DNA of 64,000 bases from Lama glama (lineage: Eukaryota): positions 68,946,001 through 69,010,000 of the forward strand of contig CM052817.1 in NCBI GenBank assembly GCA_028534125.1. The letters are read 5' to 3'. The notes under the pieces were generated by a model. It was given only the letters and a program-made list of their open reading frames with translations, was not told where the DNA came from and made no database searches. This document shows, in pieces, positions 40,201 to 53,169 of this stretch (its first letter is position 1; each line of letters starts with the position of its first letter). The position numbers and the translations under genes are program-made.

Positions 40201-41604
40201 AATGGTTCACTATGGCCTTGAATCTTAACATAGCACAAACTGACAGTGCAGTCTCATTCTAACTGCGTTTTTGCCAGTAGTTGAAATATCAAGACTTACT
40301 GAGAAGCAAAAATATCTTAGGGAAATTCAAGAATGGCTCTAAGGCACATGAGAGGACAAACAATATTGCAGATTTTCTATAGACAGTTTAGCTCATTGCC
40401 TGCAATTAGTTTTAAAATTCCCAAACAGTGCAAAATTAAAAAATAAAATAATAATAAAAAGAATGCCCTTGTTAATACCACTGTCATGAGCCACAATATA
40501 AATTTCAGCATCTGAAAGTTTAAAAACAATGTGTCTGAGCTGTTGATTGGATCTTTATTTTAATTTAATTTTTTTGCTGTGATTTTATTGTGCCTACAGT
40601 ACCTTTAGGAAGATATTCTAGTTGCTTTGATGATTACCGTGGTTTTGCTGATTATGAATAACACAGTCTTTCTTCCCCTTTATGTGTAAGATATAAAACA
40701 TGACGTTGGAAGATATATCCCTCCACTTCACACAGCCAGCACAGTGCCAGCACTATGGGCTGCATGGATGCCACTCTCCCCTATTCCTTCTCTTTTGTGC
40801 ACAGTATGACCTGAGGATAACAAATTATGGTCTAAAAAATACAGCTCCATATGGAGAGCCATCTGCACTGCCCTCTGTTTGGTCTTTCTCAGCTGCAGCT
40901 GCACTTGTGTGTATAACCTTGCTGTGGGGCTCAAGGAGGCTGTTGAACTAGAAAGAGTTCATTGCTGCTCTCCATAGGGAATTCTTTGACATGCTTGGCT
41001 GCCTTCCTTTCTAGGTGACAACCCCTGAAGTGTAACAGGCAGCCTTAAAAATATGCAGGTGACCTTCTGGTAACTGTCTCTACCCATTTTCCCTGCTAGG
41101 CTTCAGTGCTTAATTACCAGTTTGCTGGAGTGCAACTCAGTCATAGTCATGCCTTGTTTTGCTTTTGGTACTTTTCTTCTGTGTTCATATACAAAGTTTT
41201 TCTTTACTCTTCTTTTTAGAGAGTAGTACTGAAATTGCCAAACATTTAATATGTACAATTTGAATCTATTAAGTTGCATCATTATTGTAGCTAAGGAAAG
41301 ACAACATGTTTTGTACGATTGCCCTGCCATCTCCTTTTGTCATCCCTGCCATCTAAAGATGGTGGTTACTACTCTTCTGTCTTGAGTTACAGCCACAACT
41401 TATGTCTGCATAAGGAGACAACCCTCCTTTGCTTCTGCATTCTGTTTCTTCTTCCTCAGGTTTGACTGAACTGAGCTAGGGTGGAGGCAGTGAGGAAATA
41501 ACGGAGAAAGGCTGGTCCCTAGGTACGCACAGTCCTTATCCCATTTCAAGGTTAAAGGCTTATCTTCTGCTGTCATTTGTTTTAAGTGGGAGTGGAAAGA
41601 AAGT

Positions 41605-41770
41605 ACTGTACTGAGAGGCATGAGAACCTTGTCTCGGTTTTCTCCATAACTAGCTGTGTAACCTTAGAGGAGACTTTTAATTGCTCTGGGTTTCAGTTTC
41701 TTTTTTGAAAAAATGAGGCAGCATGCTTAGGTTATTTCTGAAGTTCTTTCCAGCTTTACATTACTGTGTA
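41605..41770 (+). mobile_element. MIR-family SINE
   Basis: 'actagctgtgtaaccttag...ctctgggtttcagtttcttttttgaaaaaatgagg...ttctgaagttctttccagcttt'. Confidence 0.7.
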
Positions 41771-44700
41771 TTTAGGGCAGCACATTTTCTTTCATTATGT
41801 TACTGATTTTAAGTTTTGTGCATATTTTTCCACTTTATGTTTGATCCAATTTAGGGTATACACAAAACATGGTGTCAGAAATTTCATTTTGATACTTTCC
41901 CTTTTATTTTCTCTGCTGGAAGTATAATTTTGATGGCCAAACTGAATAATTGTTTTCACACATATTATGTGTATTTTTCTTAATATTCTGCTTCCTATAT
42001 GTTTTACAAAATTTCTTCGTGATGCAAGTTCTTTTAGTTTGTTCATTTTTGAAGCAAACGTTTAGAGCCTAATCTGCATGATCTTTAATTTTTTGTCAGC
42101 CCAGTCTGATTAGATGTCTTAAATAGGTTTTCCAGAATCTTATTTGGGGCATAATTCTTCCCAAATAAATAAGTAAATAAATCTTATGTGAAAATAAGTA
42201 TTATATGGAGATACATTATATTTGGGTAATGTTCTTTATGGACCAAGCCTGTACTCAAGAGAAAGGCAGAGAACCACGTTCAGAATAATTTTGAGCTCAG
42301 TGTGAAGGAGTGCAAATTGGTAGCGGCTTCTATGAGAGCAGACAACTGCATGGGCCTACTTCATGTGAAGGAAGCATCTGTGGCTGTAAACCCAACAGTT
42401 GGGCATTTTATGTTGACAACAGCTGATGAAGAGGTAGTCTGAGCTGAAAGAATAGCTGAGTTGCCTGATTTTACCAGATAATATGTGCTTCTGCTGCAGC
42501 AGAGGTGGTTGTTGCCACGATGACATCATTAGCCGTTTTCTGCCCCACGTTGTGATAAAAATCATCAAGGCACATGACATCCTGGTCTGGAGAAGGGCTG
42601 CCAGTGAGGTTCATAAGTTTAAGTGTGCAAAAATAAGACTCATGTTACTAATGAGGGAGCAATTTCTGGGTCGAGGGTTAGGAACACAGAAGAGTAGTAA
42701 TTCTTAGGAAGCTGAAGTGTATCTTTCATTAGATAGTTTTTATAGTAGCCCAGGCAACTGTGGGGGAATAATTCCTCTGCTTTGGAAGACCTGATGATCT
42801 ACTGAAAAAGTTTAAGTTGAGTTCTGTTATTTCAAAGGTTAGTTTCTTGCTGTTTTCAATCTAACTATAGAACTTTATGCTCATGTAAATACTTCTGTGT
42901 TATAACCTGTGAAGCCTACTCACATACCCATGGTTTACTAGTTGAAATCAGCAAAAGAGGAAAATTACTAGCTTTTCTTCAAATTCCTGACAAGATTATA
43001 AAGTAGGGTTAGGGGAATGTCTGCCTTTGAAAAACATTGTTGTGCATCTCAAAAGTGAAAACGTGCTTTTGAAGAGCTTTCAAGTCCATTCTGCACTTTA
43101 ATGGAGTAGGTGCAGGAATGTTGCTGGACTAAGAAGTAGGCTAGGTGGATTACTTCTGTGGGTCTGAACTGTAAAGGAGGCTAAGACATCATTACATTGC
43201 TAAAATATTATGGAATATGTAAGAAGATATATCAAATTATATTTCTAAATCATTTCTAGTAAAAACATAGTTGAAAGTAAACTTTCATTAGCCATTTGAG
43301 ACATGAAATCTGTTGTCCCTAATTTGCATCTAAAGGAGAGTGACAATTAACTGTAGGGCTTCTATTTTCCTAGAAGTAGACTGTGCAGTTGGGAACAGAA
43401 TTTGACTGAGACATTAGCGGAGAAGCTGGGGAAAGCCACAAGAGGGCTACTTTTCTGTTCTTTTCTCATATAGTATTCTGTGTCTTGTTGAAATAAATGC
43501 TAACTATTTAAAGTGTGTCACTCTGAAGGAACAACAAAGTATTAGTCTGACTCAGGTGCCCACAGCAATGTTTTAGTATATGTGCTGCCAAAGCGAGCAC
43601 TCCACAGCAATACTTACTTGGAATTCTGTCTTTAAGCAATTGAAGATGATTACTATTTTTTGCTATTTGCATATCTTTCTGTTCTTCCACCTTGAAGTTG
43701 GGAAAGCCAAATCCTGGCAATACGTTTACATAGTTTGGCATTTGCTCTGTCTTTACTATCTGCTTGACCACCTTCGAGTTGGCAAAAAAAGTCCCTCATT
43801 TTTCTTGTGATGATGACCTTGTGTTCCCTTTGGTTCAGTTGAGATCATGAGCTCTTCTTAGGCAGGGATTGGGATCCATGTTTGCTGCTGCTTTGCATTC
43901 CTTAAGCCCAGCCTTTGTCTGGTTATGCTTGATGATACTTAGTGACTGACTGCATGTACATGTGAGTGAAGGGGAGAAGTGCTATTGTTTAATACAGTAC
44001 CAATTGTTACTCATGTATCAAGATAGATAAGGTAAGTCACCGAGCTTTTATTAAATTTATAAATGACTTTGTTCTTATTCTTACCCAGTCTGTTTAAAAG
44101 TTTTACATGTAACTTTTCACACTTATTTCAGTATTCACCATTAGTTTACCTTAGACTTTACTCCTGGTGCTCCAAAACTCTTTAGGTGGTATTTCTTTTC
44201 TATGTTTGGTTATAGGGAATGCAACTGTGTTCATTATGGGAAAAAGTCTGCACTTGGAGTAAGAAGACATAAGTTTAGGAACTCGCTGTGTTACTTTGTA
44301 CCAGTTTATTTACCATCTTTGTACCTATGATAATATTTGACATGCCTGTGATAGAGAGTGAAGAAATTAAAGTATATATATATAATTTAATATTTAATAT
44401 ATGCATATACTTTGTAATATTTAAAGCACTAAAATTAAGCAGTTTATCATGAATATACAAGGGCTTCTGCCCTTAACTTCATCATCGTTCAAAAAACAGC
44501 ACTTCTTTTCTGTTGTCAGCCTGTATATTCAAAACTGTTTCTCAGTTGTATAATAAACAGCTCCACTCTCCTCCATTTCCTTTTAGTCTCTGTTTATTCT
44601 TCTGTGATGTCATTACTTCTGGAATAATGACATATTTAAAAGCTATGTATTTTAGCACAGAGACATTATAATTGTCTCTGTTAAATAGCCTCCACTGATA

Positions 44701-45699
44701 TGGTTTCATCTAAAAATAACTTCATTGGTGGCTTACATGATTTGGGAGGAGGAAGTAGTAAGAGTTTTGCTGACTTGTAGAAATTTCTATTATTTACTAT
44801 TTATTGCTGTTAGTCCTCAATTTTATGCATATAGGAGAAGAATGATATGGATAATCCAGAATAATAGATATATATTGACAAAGTTATATAATGGGATTAT
44901 GTTGTAGGCAGGATTAGATAGTAAAATAAGCATTGAAGTTAAAAATCATGTATTTCCAAAATTACATGTAAAAATCCCCTGAAATTTTTAGTTTATTCAT
45001 CGTGCATCATTTTATATATATGCACTTGTTCTAATATATCATTTCTTATTAAATCCAACACAGGCAGATTTTTCTCAAGCGTTGGAGCAGATGACTTTTT
45101 CTCCATTCGAGCACCAGATGCAGTGGTTAGCTTGTGTTCTGGGCCCTGTTGTGGCAAGATGTTTACACTACAGAAAGCATAGAGATTCACGTTTAGTGCA
45201 GGGCGTGTGCTCACTGAATTACTGAATGAAATGGAAGGAAGAGTAACCTCTGCTGTTTAAATTATTTTTTTTCTTTATTAGCAAACATGCTTGATTAATT
45301 AACACAAATGGGAAGGTGTATATGCACTGTATATTGATAAACTTACAAGTGTCTATCCACTTGAATATTTATAAAAAGCACTTAATAAGAAGTACATTTT
45401 AAAATGTAGGTTTAATACATCTATTTGCTGTTCTAAGAACCCACATTTTTCAAAGAAAACGACAAAGCCACATGGCTCTGGAACATTTGTTCCATTTTGT
45501 TTCTTAGTTCAACTCCTTAATCTCTAATTTTAATATCAATAAGTCATCATCTAACAATGACTCCTATCAGTTCAAGCTTATTGTACTTCCACACTATATT
45601 GCCAGTGTGTGGGTCTGTGTGTTTGTGTATTTTTAAATGGTTTTCTCCAGTAGCTCTTAGGAAATGGAAATAGTTTCATGTACTACAATGAATGGCTGC

Positions 45700-46010
45700 C
45701 CTACAGTGTAGACGTCACATTTCCTTCCTTGCCTGTGGGCTGCATATGGAATAAGTTGACAAAAAGGGTGAGAAAGCAAACAGGAATTGAAAGTCAAACA
45801 GCTGTCCCGTAGACTGTTGACAAAGCTGACAGAAGGTTGACTATATCCTCATAGTCAATCAACAACGCCTACGTGTACTTTCCATATTGTTCTGTGACTT
45901 ACTCTGGACCTTCGCATACAAGCTTCCCATATAAGGAAAAGAAGTTTCCGATAGCTCCTTTGCTCTTTAACTGTTGTTGTCATGGAACTGCCAATTTGAG
46001 GCAGCTGGGG
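45700..46010. promoter_or_regulatory. Candidate enhancer/alternative promoter: CRE-like, E-boxes, perfect CArG box, ETS core, RFX X-box
   Basis: GACGTCA 45711-45717; CAGCTG 45799-45804 and 46002-46007; TACGTG 45870-45875; CCATATAAGG 45927-45936; TTCCG 45946-45950; GTTGTCATGGAAC 45976-45988; TGCCAA 45989-45994. Non-repetitive context with several retained CpGs. Motif evidence only. Confidence 0.45.
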
Positions 46011-47194
46011 ATTATGTGGAAAGATAGTTTAGCTGCATGTGGGTTCTTTTCTTTTTATTTTTTTCTTCTTTCCTTTCCTTCAGCTTCACAGTACTGTTTC
46101 TTTTGGCTAATCTGGTGGATTACTGGAAAGTTTATTGGACTTTTGGGAGTGTGTTGCCCTGGAGCAAACCTAGTTCAGCTTCTTTGTTAAGGCACATTGG
46201 TTCTGGCTTCTCGTGGAATGGCTCTGTTTTTTGACGCCTTGAGGAAGGGAGTATCCTGTCTTTCTTAATAATGAAACAAAAAGATGACTCCAGAAGAGAA
46301 TTGGCAGCCACCAAAAGGGATACTGTCCAGTTCTCTGCTGCATATTCCACCCCCTGGGCAGATTTGTGAAATCTCTCATCAGTCTTCGATACAGTTAATC
46401 ACGTTTTGCTTTATTCTGTTTTATTGTATAGCAACACTGTAAGCAGTTTATCAAAGTCAAAAGGTTAGTGTAACTTATGTTAATCCTACAAAACTGTTGT
46501 ACACTATATGGTCACACATATATATATATGTATATCTACATTTATCAACATGATGTAATTGTCATTCAGATCACTGTGTCCCATCTAATCAATAAGCTCC
46601 ACAAAACAAAAGATTCTATGATCAGCAAATATACAGAGTTTTGCTAAGGACCTGGACCTCTAGAGAATGAAACTAGATGAGTGAAGAGGAAAGGTTTTAA
46701 TGTATAAGATTTAATTTAAGGTCTACTAATGCCTATTTATTGCAGAAACCACAGTAATACATTTTTCTATAGTACACATAAGTGAACACGTTTATTTCAA
46801 AGCTTTCTTCACAGTCTGTTGTGGAAGTACAGCAGAAAGTTAAAATCAGGTAGTCACTCTCATGCACTTTTTTTTTAACTGACAGATGAAGGAACACTTT
46901 GTGTTTCAATACCATTGGTGGTTTTTTCATTTCTTCCTTCAACAGACACCTGTTTTATGCTTACTCTTTGCTCTGTGCTAGGCATTAGGTACACAATAAT
47001 TAGTGAGATTGCTCCCCTTGCTCCTTTTCCCAGGTGAGAGGGAAGGCAGTATATATATATGGCTTTGTAGAATATTGTGAGAATGTAAAGAAAGGCACAG
47101 TCATTTCAGTGGGGGTGGAGGGGTAGAGGTGGGGGTAAGGATAGAGTCACAGAAGTTTTCACAGGGGAAGGGTTGTGTGAAGAAAAGGGTGGAT

Positions 47195-47410
47195 ATATTA
47201 TAATTACAAGACCTGGGTTTGATGTCCAGCACTTCCAGGTTCAGTTGTGGAGCCTAGGGCTGAGTTCTTAACCTCTTGGAGCCTGTTTCTCACTTGTAAA
47301 ATAAAGACAATAGGCCAACCTCAAGAGTGTTTCAAGGATTAAATGTGATACTGCCTGTGAAAAACATTTGCTAAAATGCTATACCACTACATAAATGAGC
47401 CTTCTTGTTA
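47195..47410 (+). mobile_element. MIR SINE
   Basis: 'agacctgggtttgatgtccagc...cttaacctcttggagcctgtttctcacttgtaaaata'. Confidence 0.75.
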
Positions 47411-47519
47411 TCATTTGGAGATAATGTCCTTCAAGATTGCCAGTGCTTTGGGAATGAGACTGAGTACCAGCAATGGCATCCTGAAAAGCAGGGGTGACAG
47501 GAAGTCTTGGGAGAACGGC

Positions 47520-47760
47520 ACATAGCAGCGCATGGTGGTTAGGAGTATAGACTTGGGGGCCAGATTGTATGGGCTCCAGTTTTAGGTCTCCCTTTGGCAA
47601 GTTATCTAAACTCACTATGCCTCAGTTTCCTCATCAGTAAAACGGAGATAATACCACTTAGTGTTTTGGATTGTTATGGTGATTAAATGAATTAATTTTG
47701 GATTGTGCTTAGAACAAACAATTCCTGGGCATTATAATTATGATTTAAATGTTTGGTTTG
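47520..47760 (+). mobile_element. MIR SINE
   Basis: 'gcatggtggttaggagtatagac...ttggcaagttatctaaactcactatgcctcagtttcctcatcagtaaaacggagataata'. Confidence 0.85.
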
Positions 47761-47769
47761 ATAAGCACT

Positions 47770-48205
47770 TGTATTAATTTCCTAGGGCTGCTGTCAAAGT
47801 GTCATTAAACTGAGTGTCTTAAAACAGCAGAAATCTATTCTCTCACAGTTGTGGAGGCTAGAAGTCTGAATCAAGGGGTCTGTAAGGTTGGTTCCTCCTG
47901 GGTTCTCTGGAGGAGAATCTGTTCCATGCCTTTTTCTTAGCTTTTGGTGTTGCCAGCAATCCTTGGAGTTCCTTGGCTGGTAGATACATCACTTCAGTCT
48001 CTACCTCTGTCATCACATGACATCTCCTGGTGTGGCTCTGCATCTCTTCTTTTCTTCTTATAAGAAAGAAGGGCCCACCCTACTTCAGTGTGACCTCGTC
48101 TTAACTGGTTACATCTGCAGTGACCACGAAGGTCATGTTCAGAGGTGCTAGGGTGTAGGTCATCAATGTGTCTTTTTGATGGGGGACACAGTTCAACCCT
48201 GAATA
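47770..48205 (-). mobile_element. MLT1 (ERVL-MaLR) solo LTR, MLT1B/C-like
   Basis: 'tgtattaatttcctagggctgctgt...aaaacagcagaaatctattctctcacagttgtggaggctagaagtctgaatcaagg...gggggacacagttcaacc'. TSD gcact (47765-47769) / gtact (48206-48210). Confidence 0.92.
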
Positions 48206-48699
48206 GTACTGATTTAAAATACAGATAACACAGGCTTATCTAGTCTGTGTGAATTGCATAACTTTCTGTGTCATTAATATTTTTAATATTATGGGGCCTG
48301 CCATTTTTCTGTTGTGAATTTCAGAGGTGGTATGGGGCCATCTCACCTCTACAGCATCCTTTTTGTCCTGGAGACCAGTTGCACCTGGATTAATAACCTT
48401 AGACCCTTTGTGCTATTAACCGAGGTTAGTGCCCTCAAACGGTGCTTGGGTAACAAGACTGCTTCTCCCTTTTGTTTCACACACACTCATACACAAAGCT
48501 ACTGTCCTGGGCCTTCCTTACGCAGCTACTGCCACTAGCTGTGTGGCTCTTCGGTCTTGCTTTTTTCCCCTTGTCTTCTCACAACTGGCCTATGTATTTA
48601 TTTATTTATTTTTGTTTATTTATTGTCAGTTGTCATCTTTTGAATTTGACAAATCCAAAACTAAAATTTACAGCAGTGAAACTGGAATCCATCAAATCT

Positions 48700-48965
48700 T
48701 GGTTTGCACTCCAGTTCTGGCTAAGGTATCTTGGACAAGTTACTGTACCCCTGTCTGAATTTCACTTTCCTTAGGTATAAAAATATAAATAAAAAATGTT
48801 TAAATAGGACAGTGCCTGGTCTACAATATCATGATAACTGTCCATGAATGAATAAGTGCATGAATAAACCAATAAGTAAATACAGTTGTTGAGAGAATTA
48901 AATGATAATGAATGCAATCTGCTTAGAACATGGGAAGTAGTCAATAAATGACAGCTTTTATTTTT
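48700..48965 (+). mobile_element. MIR SINE (with internal L2-like tail fragment)
   Basis: 'tcttggacaagttactgtacccctgtctgaatttcactttcc' ... 'gttgttgagagaattaaatgataatgaatgcaa'. Confidence 0.6.
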
Positions 48966-50539
48966 ATTCTCTTTAATCAAAATTCCTTTTTTAATTACCT
49001 ACATCTGTCAGTGATTCTACTCTAACTTTTAGACCTGAAGTCCCAAAGTTATTTTTAATTTATCTCTCTATTGGTCAGGCTAATTGCCATGTTTTATCAA
49101 TTTTCATTTGAAATCTCTGCAGAGGCCAATCTTTCCATTGGAGTAATGTTGACTTTGGAATCAGTTCCCCACAGCTTCATCAGGGCATCACATCTAGATG
49201 ACAACAGCCCTCCTTTCTCTAGTCTTTTCTTTCTTCAACCCATCCTGCAATCCTTAATCATCTTTTCCACCAGTTGAGTCGCCCCAGTTCTACTTCTGAC
49301 TACCCAGTTTTCTTAATGAGACTGTGTGGAGAATACTAGCCGTTTTTCTCTCTCTTTTTTGTAAACTGGAAGACAAAAGAATATGTGGATGCTTAATTAT
49401 CTATTTCATAATCTGGTTCATTGGAACCCTTTACTGCATGCCTTGATGTGGTTATGGTGGCATTGTTCAAAAGACTGACATACCCCCAGGGTTTTAACAG
49501 TGCTTGTTTAACTCAGAATTTGGGCTTTTAAATTTTTCTTGGGCTTATTTTTAGTGATACTTGCTCCTTGAGTACTTTAAGTTGTAACACTGTACATTTT
49601 TTTTGTATGATGAAAGGTACTCTGATTCCCACCAGGTGGGAATTTGTCCAGATTGAATTTTGACTTTTGTGGTCAGAACTCAGGCTACAGGAGGACAGCA
49701 AGTCTGTAAGTGGAAGCATGCCATCTTGGAAGAGCATGTAGCTTCTTGTAGTAAAAGGCAACCATAGCCCCAAAGGAACTCCATATTTTGGGCTAGATAA
49801 AAAGGAACATGTTTCATAAGGAAACTCTATTTACCTTAGACCTCAATTTTGAAGAACCGGAAGGGGTTATATGTTCAGGTGCATAGCCATATAAATAACC
49901 CAAAGGTGGCCACCGTCTATGTGCTCAAACATTATTCATTGAAACAGCTTTCTCAGACAGGCTCTTAATCCTGCTGAAGCCTTTTCTATTTAGCCAAGGT
50001 AATTTTTACCAAACCTAAGATCATGTCTACTTTATCCAATCTATAGACAAATTAGTCTTTCTTCTCCATAGTAAGCCTATTTGTTCCTCAGTTCTCAGTT
50101 TTTCTAAAATTTGTAAGATCATCTAGAATATGGGAAAAGCTAAATGACCTCATACTCACTGGGATAACCAGTAATGAATGAAGATTTATGCTATGACTAC
50201 ATTAAATTACCAGATCAAGTAGACACCTAAATTGTTATTAGACTGTGTCAGTTAGCCCTCTGCATATGGGCTCTTCCCAAATAAGTCAGTGCATTTGTCT
50301 GTTTCAAACTGCAGAACTCATCACTTCTATTTCTAGTCTATTCCAGATTGGAAAATTTTGGCTCAACCACCAACTACTGGCATAACCTTGGGGAAGTCAC
50401 TCATCATCACTAGGCTTTAATCTCATCACTATAAAATGAGGAATCGGGAGTTCATTTTAGATCAACTCTGAAGATTTTAAAAACTCAAACATTTTTTGAT
50501 TTGAGTGTTGTAAACCATGGCTAACAATCTTCTTGAAAG

Positions 50540-51060
50540 ATCCTGTTATAAAGCAAAAGCCACACTTACTTTGCTTAAAATCTTTCACCTTAATCAAAGT
50601 GAAAAGGAAAGTCCTGTTAATGTACAGGCACTTCATAACTGGATCTCTGAGGGCTTTCTAATTTCCTTTTCCATGCCCATGTCTCTTCTCACTCCAGTCC
50701 ATCCATACTGCCCTCCTTTGTGTTACTAAACACACCACATACTCCATCCCCACTGCCTTTGGCCCTTGCTGTTTCCTTTCCTGGAGTTCTGTTTTCCCAG
50801 CTGTTCACCCAGCTCATTCCCTTACCTCATTCAGATCCTGGTTCAATGACACTCTCTAAACAAAATGTTTGCTGCTCCCTTGATCTAAAACTGCAACCTG
50901 CTCCCACGTTTCCTACCCCAAGTTCCTGCGGTAGTATTCTCCGTAGCATTTATTAGCATGTAACGTATGTGATCTCCACTCTCTAGAATATAAGGAAAGG
51001 GATTTTTGTCTGTTTTGTTCACCACTCAAAATTTTTTGAAAAAAAGAAGAATGAATGAAG
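50540..51060 (+). mobile_element. L2 3' fragment
   Basis: 'ttctcactccagtccatccatactgccctcctttgtgttactaaacacacc...ccttggcccttgctgtttcctttcctgg' and 'agggatttttgtctgttttgttcaccact...gaatgaatgaa'. Confidence 0.8.
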
Positions 51061-53169
51061 GATAAAAAAGTATTCTGCTGGAAGTCAGAGCAGAGTCTGC
51101 TGGAACTCTTGATTCTGATTCAGTCTGGTAGCCACTTGTGGACAAAGTTTTTGTCTTTTCTTGACCACTAAGTAATTATTCACTTGGGAAGACACAACAT
51201 CTCATGTGGGTTTTGACTCCGGGGACTGGAAATCTTTTATCACCGAACAAATGAAAACTAATCATTTGTTATGCAAGACAGCTAATGAGTTATATATAGA
51301 TGCAAGCCATTCCCAGTTAATTAAAATTAGCATTTTTCTTCCCCCTCAAAACCCATTCTCTCACTCTCCCCCACCCTTTCTCTTTCTCTCTCCTTTAAGT
51401 ATTATATTTCAAATAGATTTATCCTACAGTGTTTCGGAAAAAAATCTTTAATTACTTTAAGTCCACTATCCTTAAATATCTGAAGCAAAGATCCCCAGAA
51501 ATTAAAATAATTTATTTAGCTTAAACAAATGTAATTATTTAGGGTCCATAGAAATATTGCAGCTAACTTTAGGATAAAGTGATATAGCTTATTTCTGATC
51601 TCGGGTGCCTTACAGATACAACCTGTCACTCACTATGTGTGACTATATCTAACATGAATCAATAAAGCAAACAGTCACTTTGGTGATGTTACACTCCACT
51701 GAAAATATAGACCACTTATGAAAAGCCCATGGGATCAACGAAAAGACTAGAGTTTTATTTATATAAGACCCTATCAGTTTCATTGTTTTCCCTTTAAAAT
51801 GCAAATCTGCTATAAAGAATGAGCCTGGCCTGTTTTCCACTGGACTTGGCCCTTTCAGAAAGTTTCTTTGAGCAACTGATGTCTAGTCTTTAGGATCCCA
51901 ACCAGCCGAGCCGTGCCAGCTGTGCTGTGTTAGCAGGGGTGATTTGTGCGTTTCTTAAAGAAGCTTCAGAGGAATTGCTGATTTTAGGCACTGGTTGATT
52001 AGCTTGATGAAGTGAGTTTCAAAATGTTTATTCCTTCTGCTCATTTTCATTTTTTATGGCTTATGTATTCTTGGTATTCTCTTCCTTTCCTTGTGATGTT
52101 CTGTTCAAAAATGCTTGATATCTCAGGGCATTTATTGATGCAGGCTGGCTCATTATGTCCAGACACGTGTGGTGTTCGACAGATCATTTGGGTTTTTTAA
52201 GACAAACTTGGAGATGTCTAGAATTGGTTAAACCCTATTAACAGGTGGTAAGCACATTGCTAAGGAGTGTCCTTTGCTACACTCAGTTAATTCCCATCAA
52301 AAGCTGACTGATCCCTGACTACAGATCCAGTCATCAACCTTGCTTGCTGTGGAGCCAACATATTAATCTACGTAAACCACAACACTGTCCCTACTTGATC
52401 CCACCACTATCCTCTTTCCCGTGCGTGTGGCAAGGGTCTGGGATGATCTGGTTTCTTCAACCTGCAGAATTAAGGGTCACAGTCTGGTTTCTTCCCACAT
52501 CTGTTCCTCTTATTTTCCATGGACCAATTCTCCATTACCACCCAAAGAGATGAAGGCAAAGCCTCTGCTCCAAGTGTTTGGACACCAGCACAGAGCTGCC
52601 TGGGTCTGTGACGAGGCTCATGTGGTTTAGGAAACTATATTGCTTGTTTGAGCTTTTCCAACAGTGTAAAGTAAAAGAATAAAATAGAAAGGGATTTCTA
52701 TTTATTTTCCAGAGCCGCAGTCATTTTATTTTGTGATTCATTCAACTGGAAAGTGCTGTAAAAGAAATTTCCAGCCTCATGTGATCTGGTGTTGCTTAGA
52801 ACTGTTTCTGAGATGATAGGCTCTGCTTGAGGTTTATAGATTTAAAGTTATTTGTTTCTCTTCAGCATCTATCTAATTGATATGCGTTCAGATGCCATGA
52901 GGGGCCAGCGCTGCCTCCTTTATCAAGTTAGACGGCCTCTGACATAAGCAGCAAGATATTATTTATGTCACGTTTTCATTCCCTTACACTCCTGCTAAAC
53001 ACCTATCCATTTACCAAGATTCAAAACAAGTGTTGCTTCATCTCGAATCCTCTCCTTACCAACTTGTCCTCTCCAGATAGAAATGACTTCTTTAGACTTG
53101 AAGCCCCAGAAGAGACTGACTTCTCACTTAGTCTAACTTGCTTACACTTAAGTCTTATGGCTTCTCTAA

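Noticed and set aside
40628..40651. C/D box snoRNA (TGATGA ... CTGA)
   Set aside because: The boxes are too close together and there is no terminal stem.
41330..41355. Resemblance to miR-204/211 (ctccttttgtcatccctgcc)
   Set aside because: The seed differs from TTCCCTTT and I see no complementary hairpin arm; the similarity is explained by a short local repeat (ccctgccatct x2).
44607..44633. Inverted repeat atgtcatta-N9-taatgacat
   Set aside because: A 9-bp AT-rich stem is expected by chance in 64 kb, and it is too short for a pre-miRNA.
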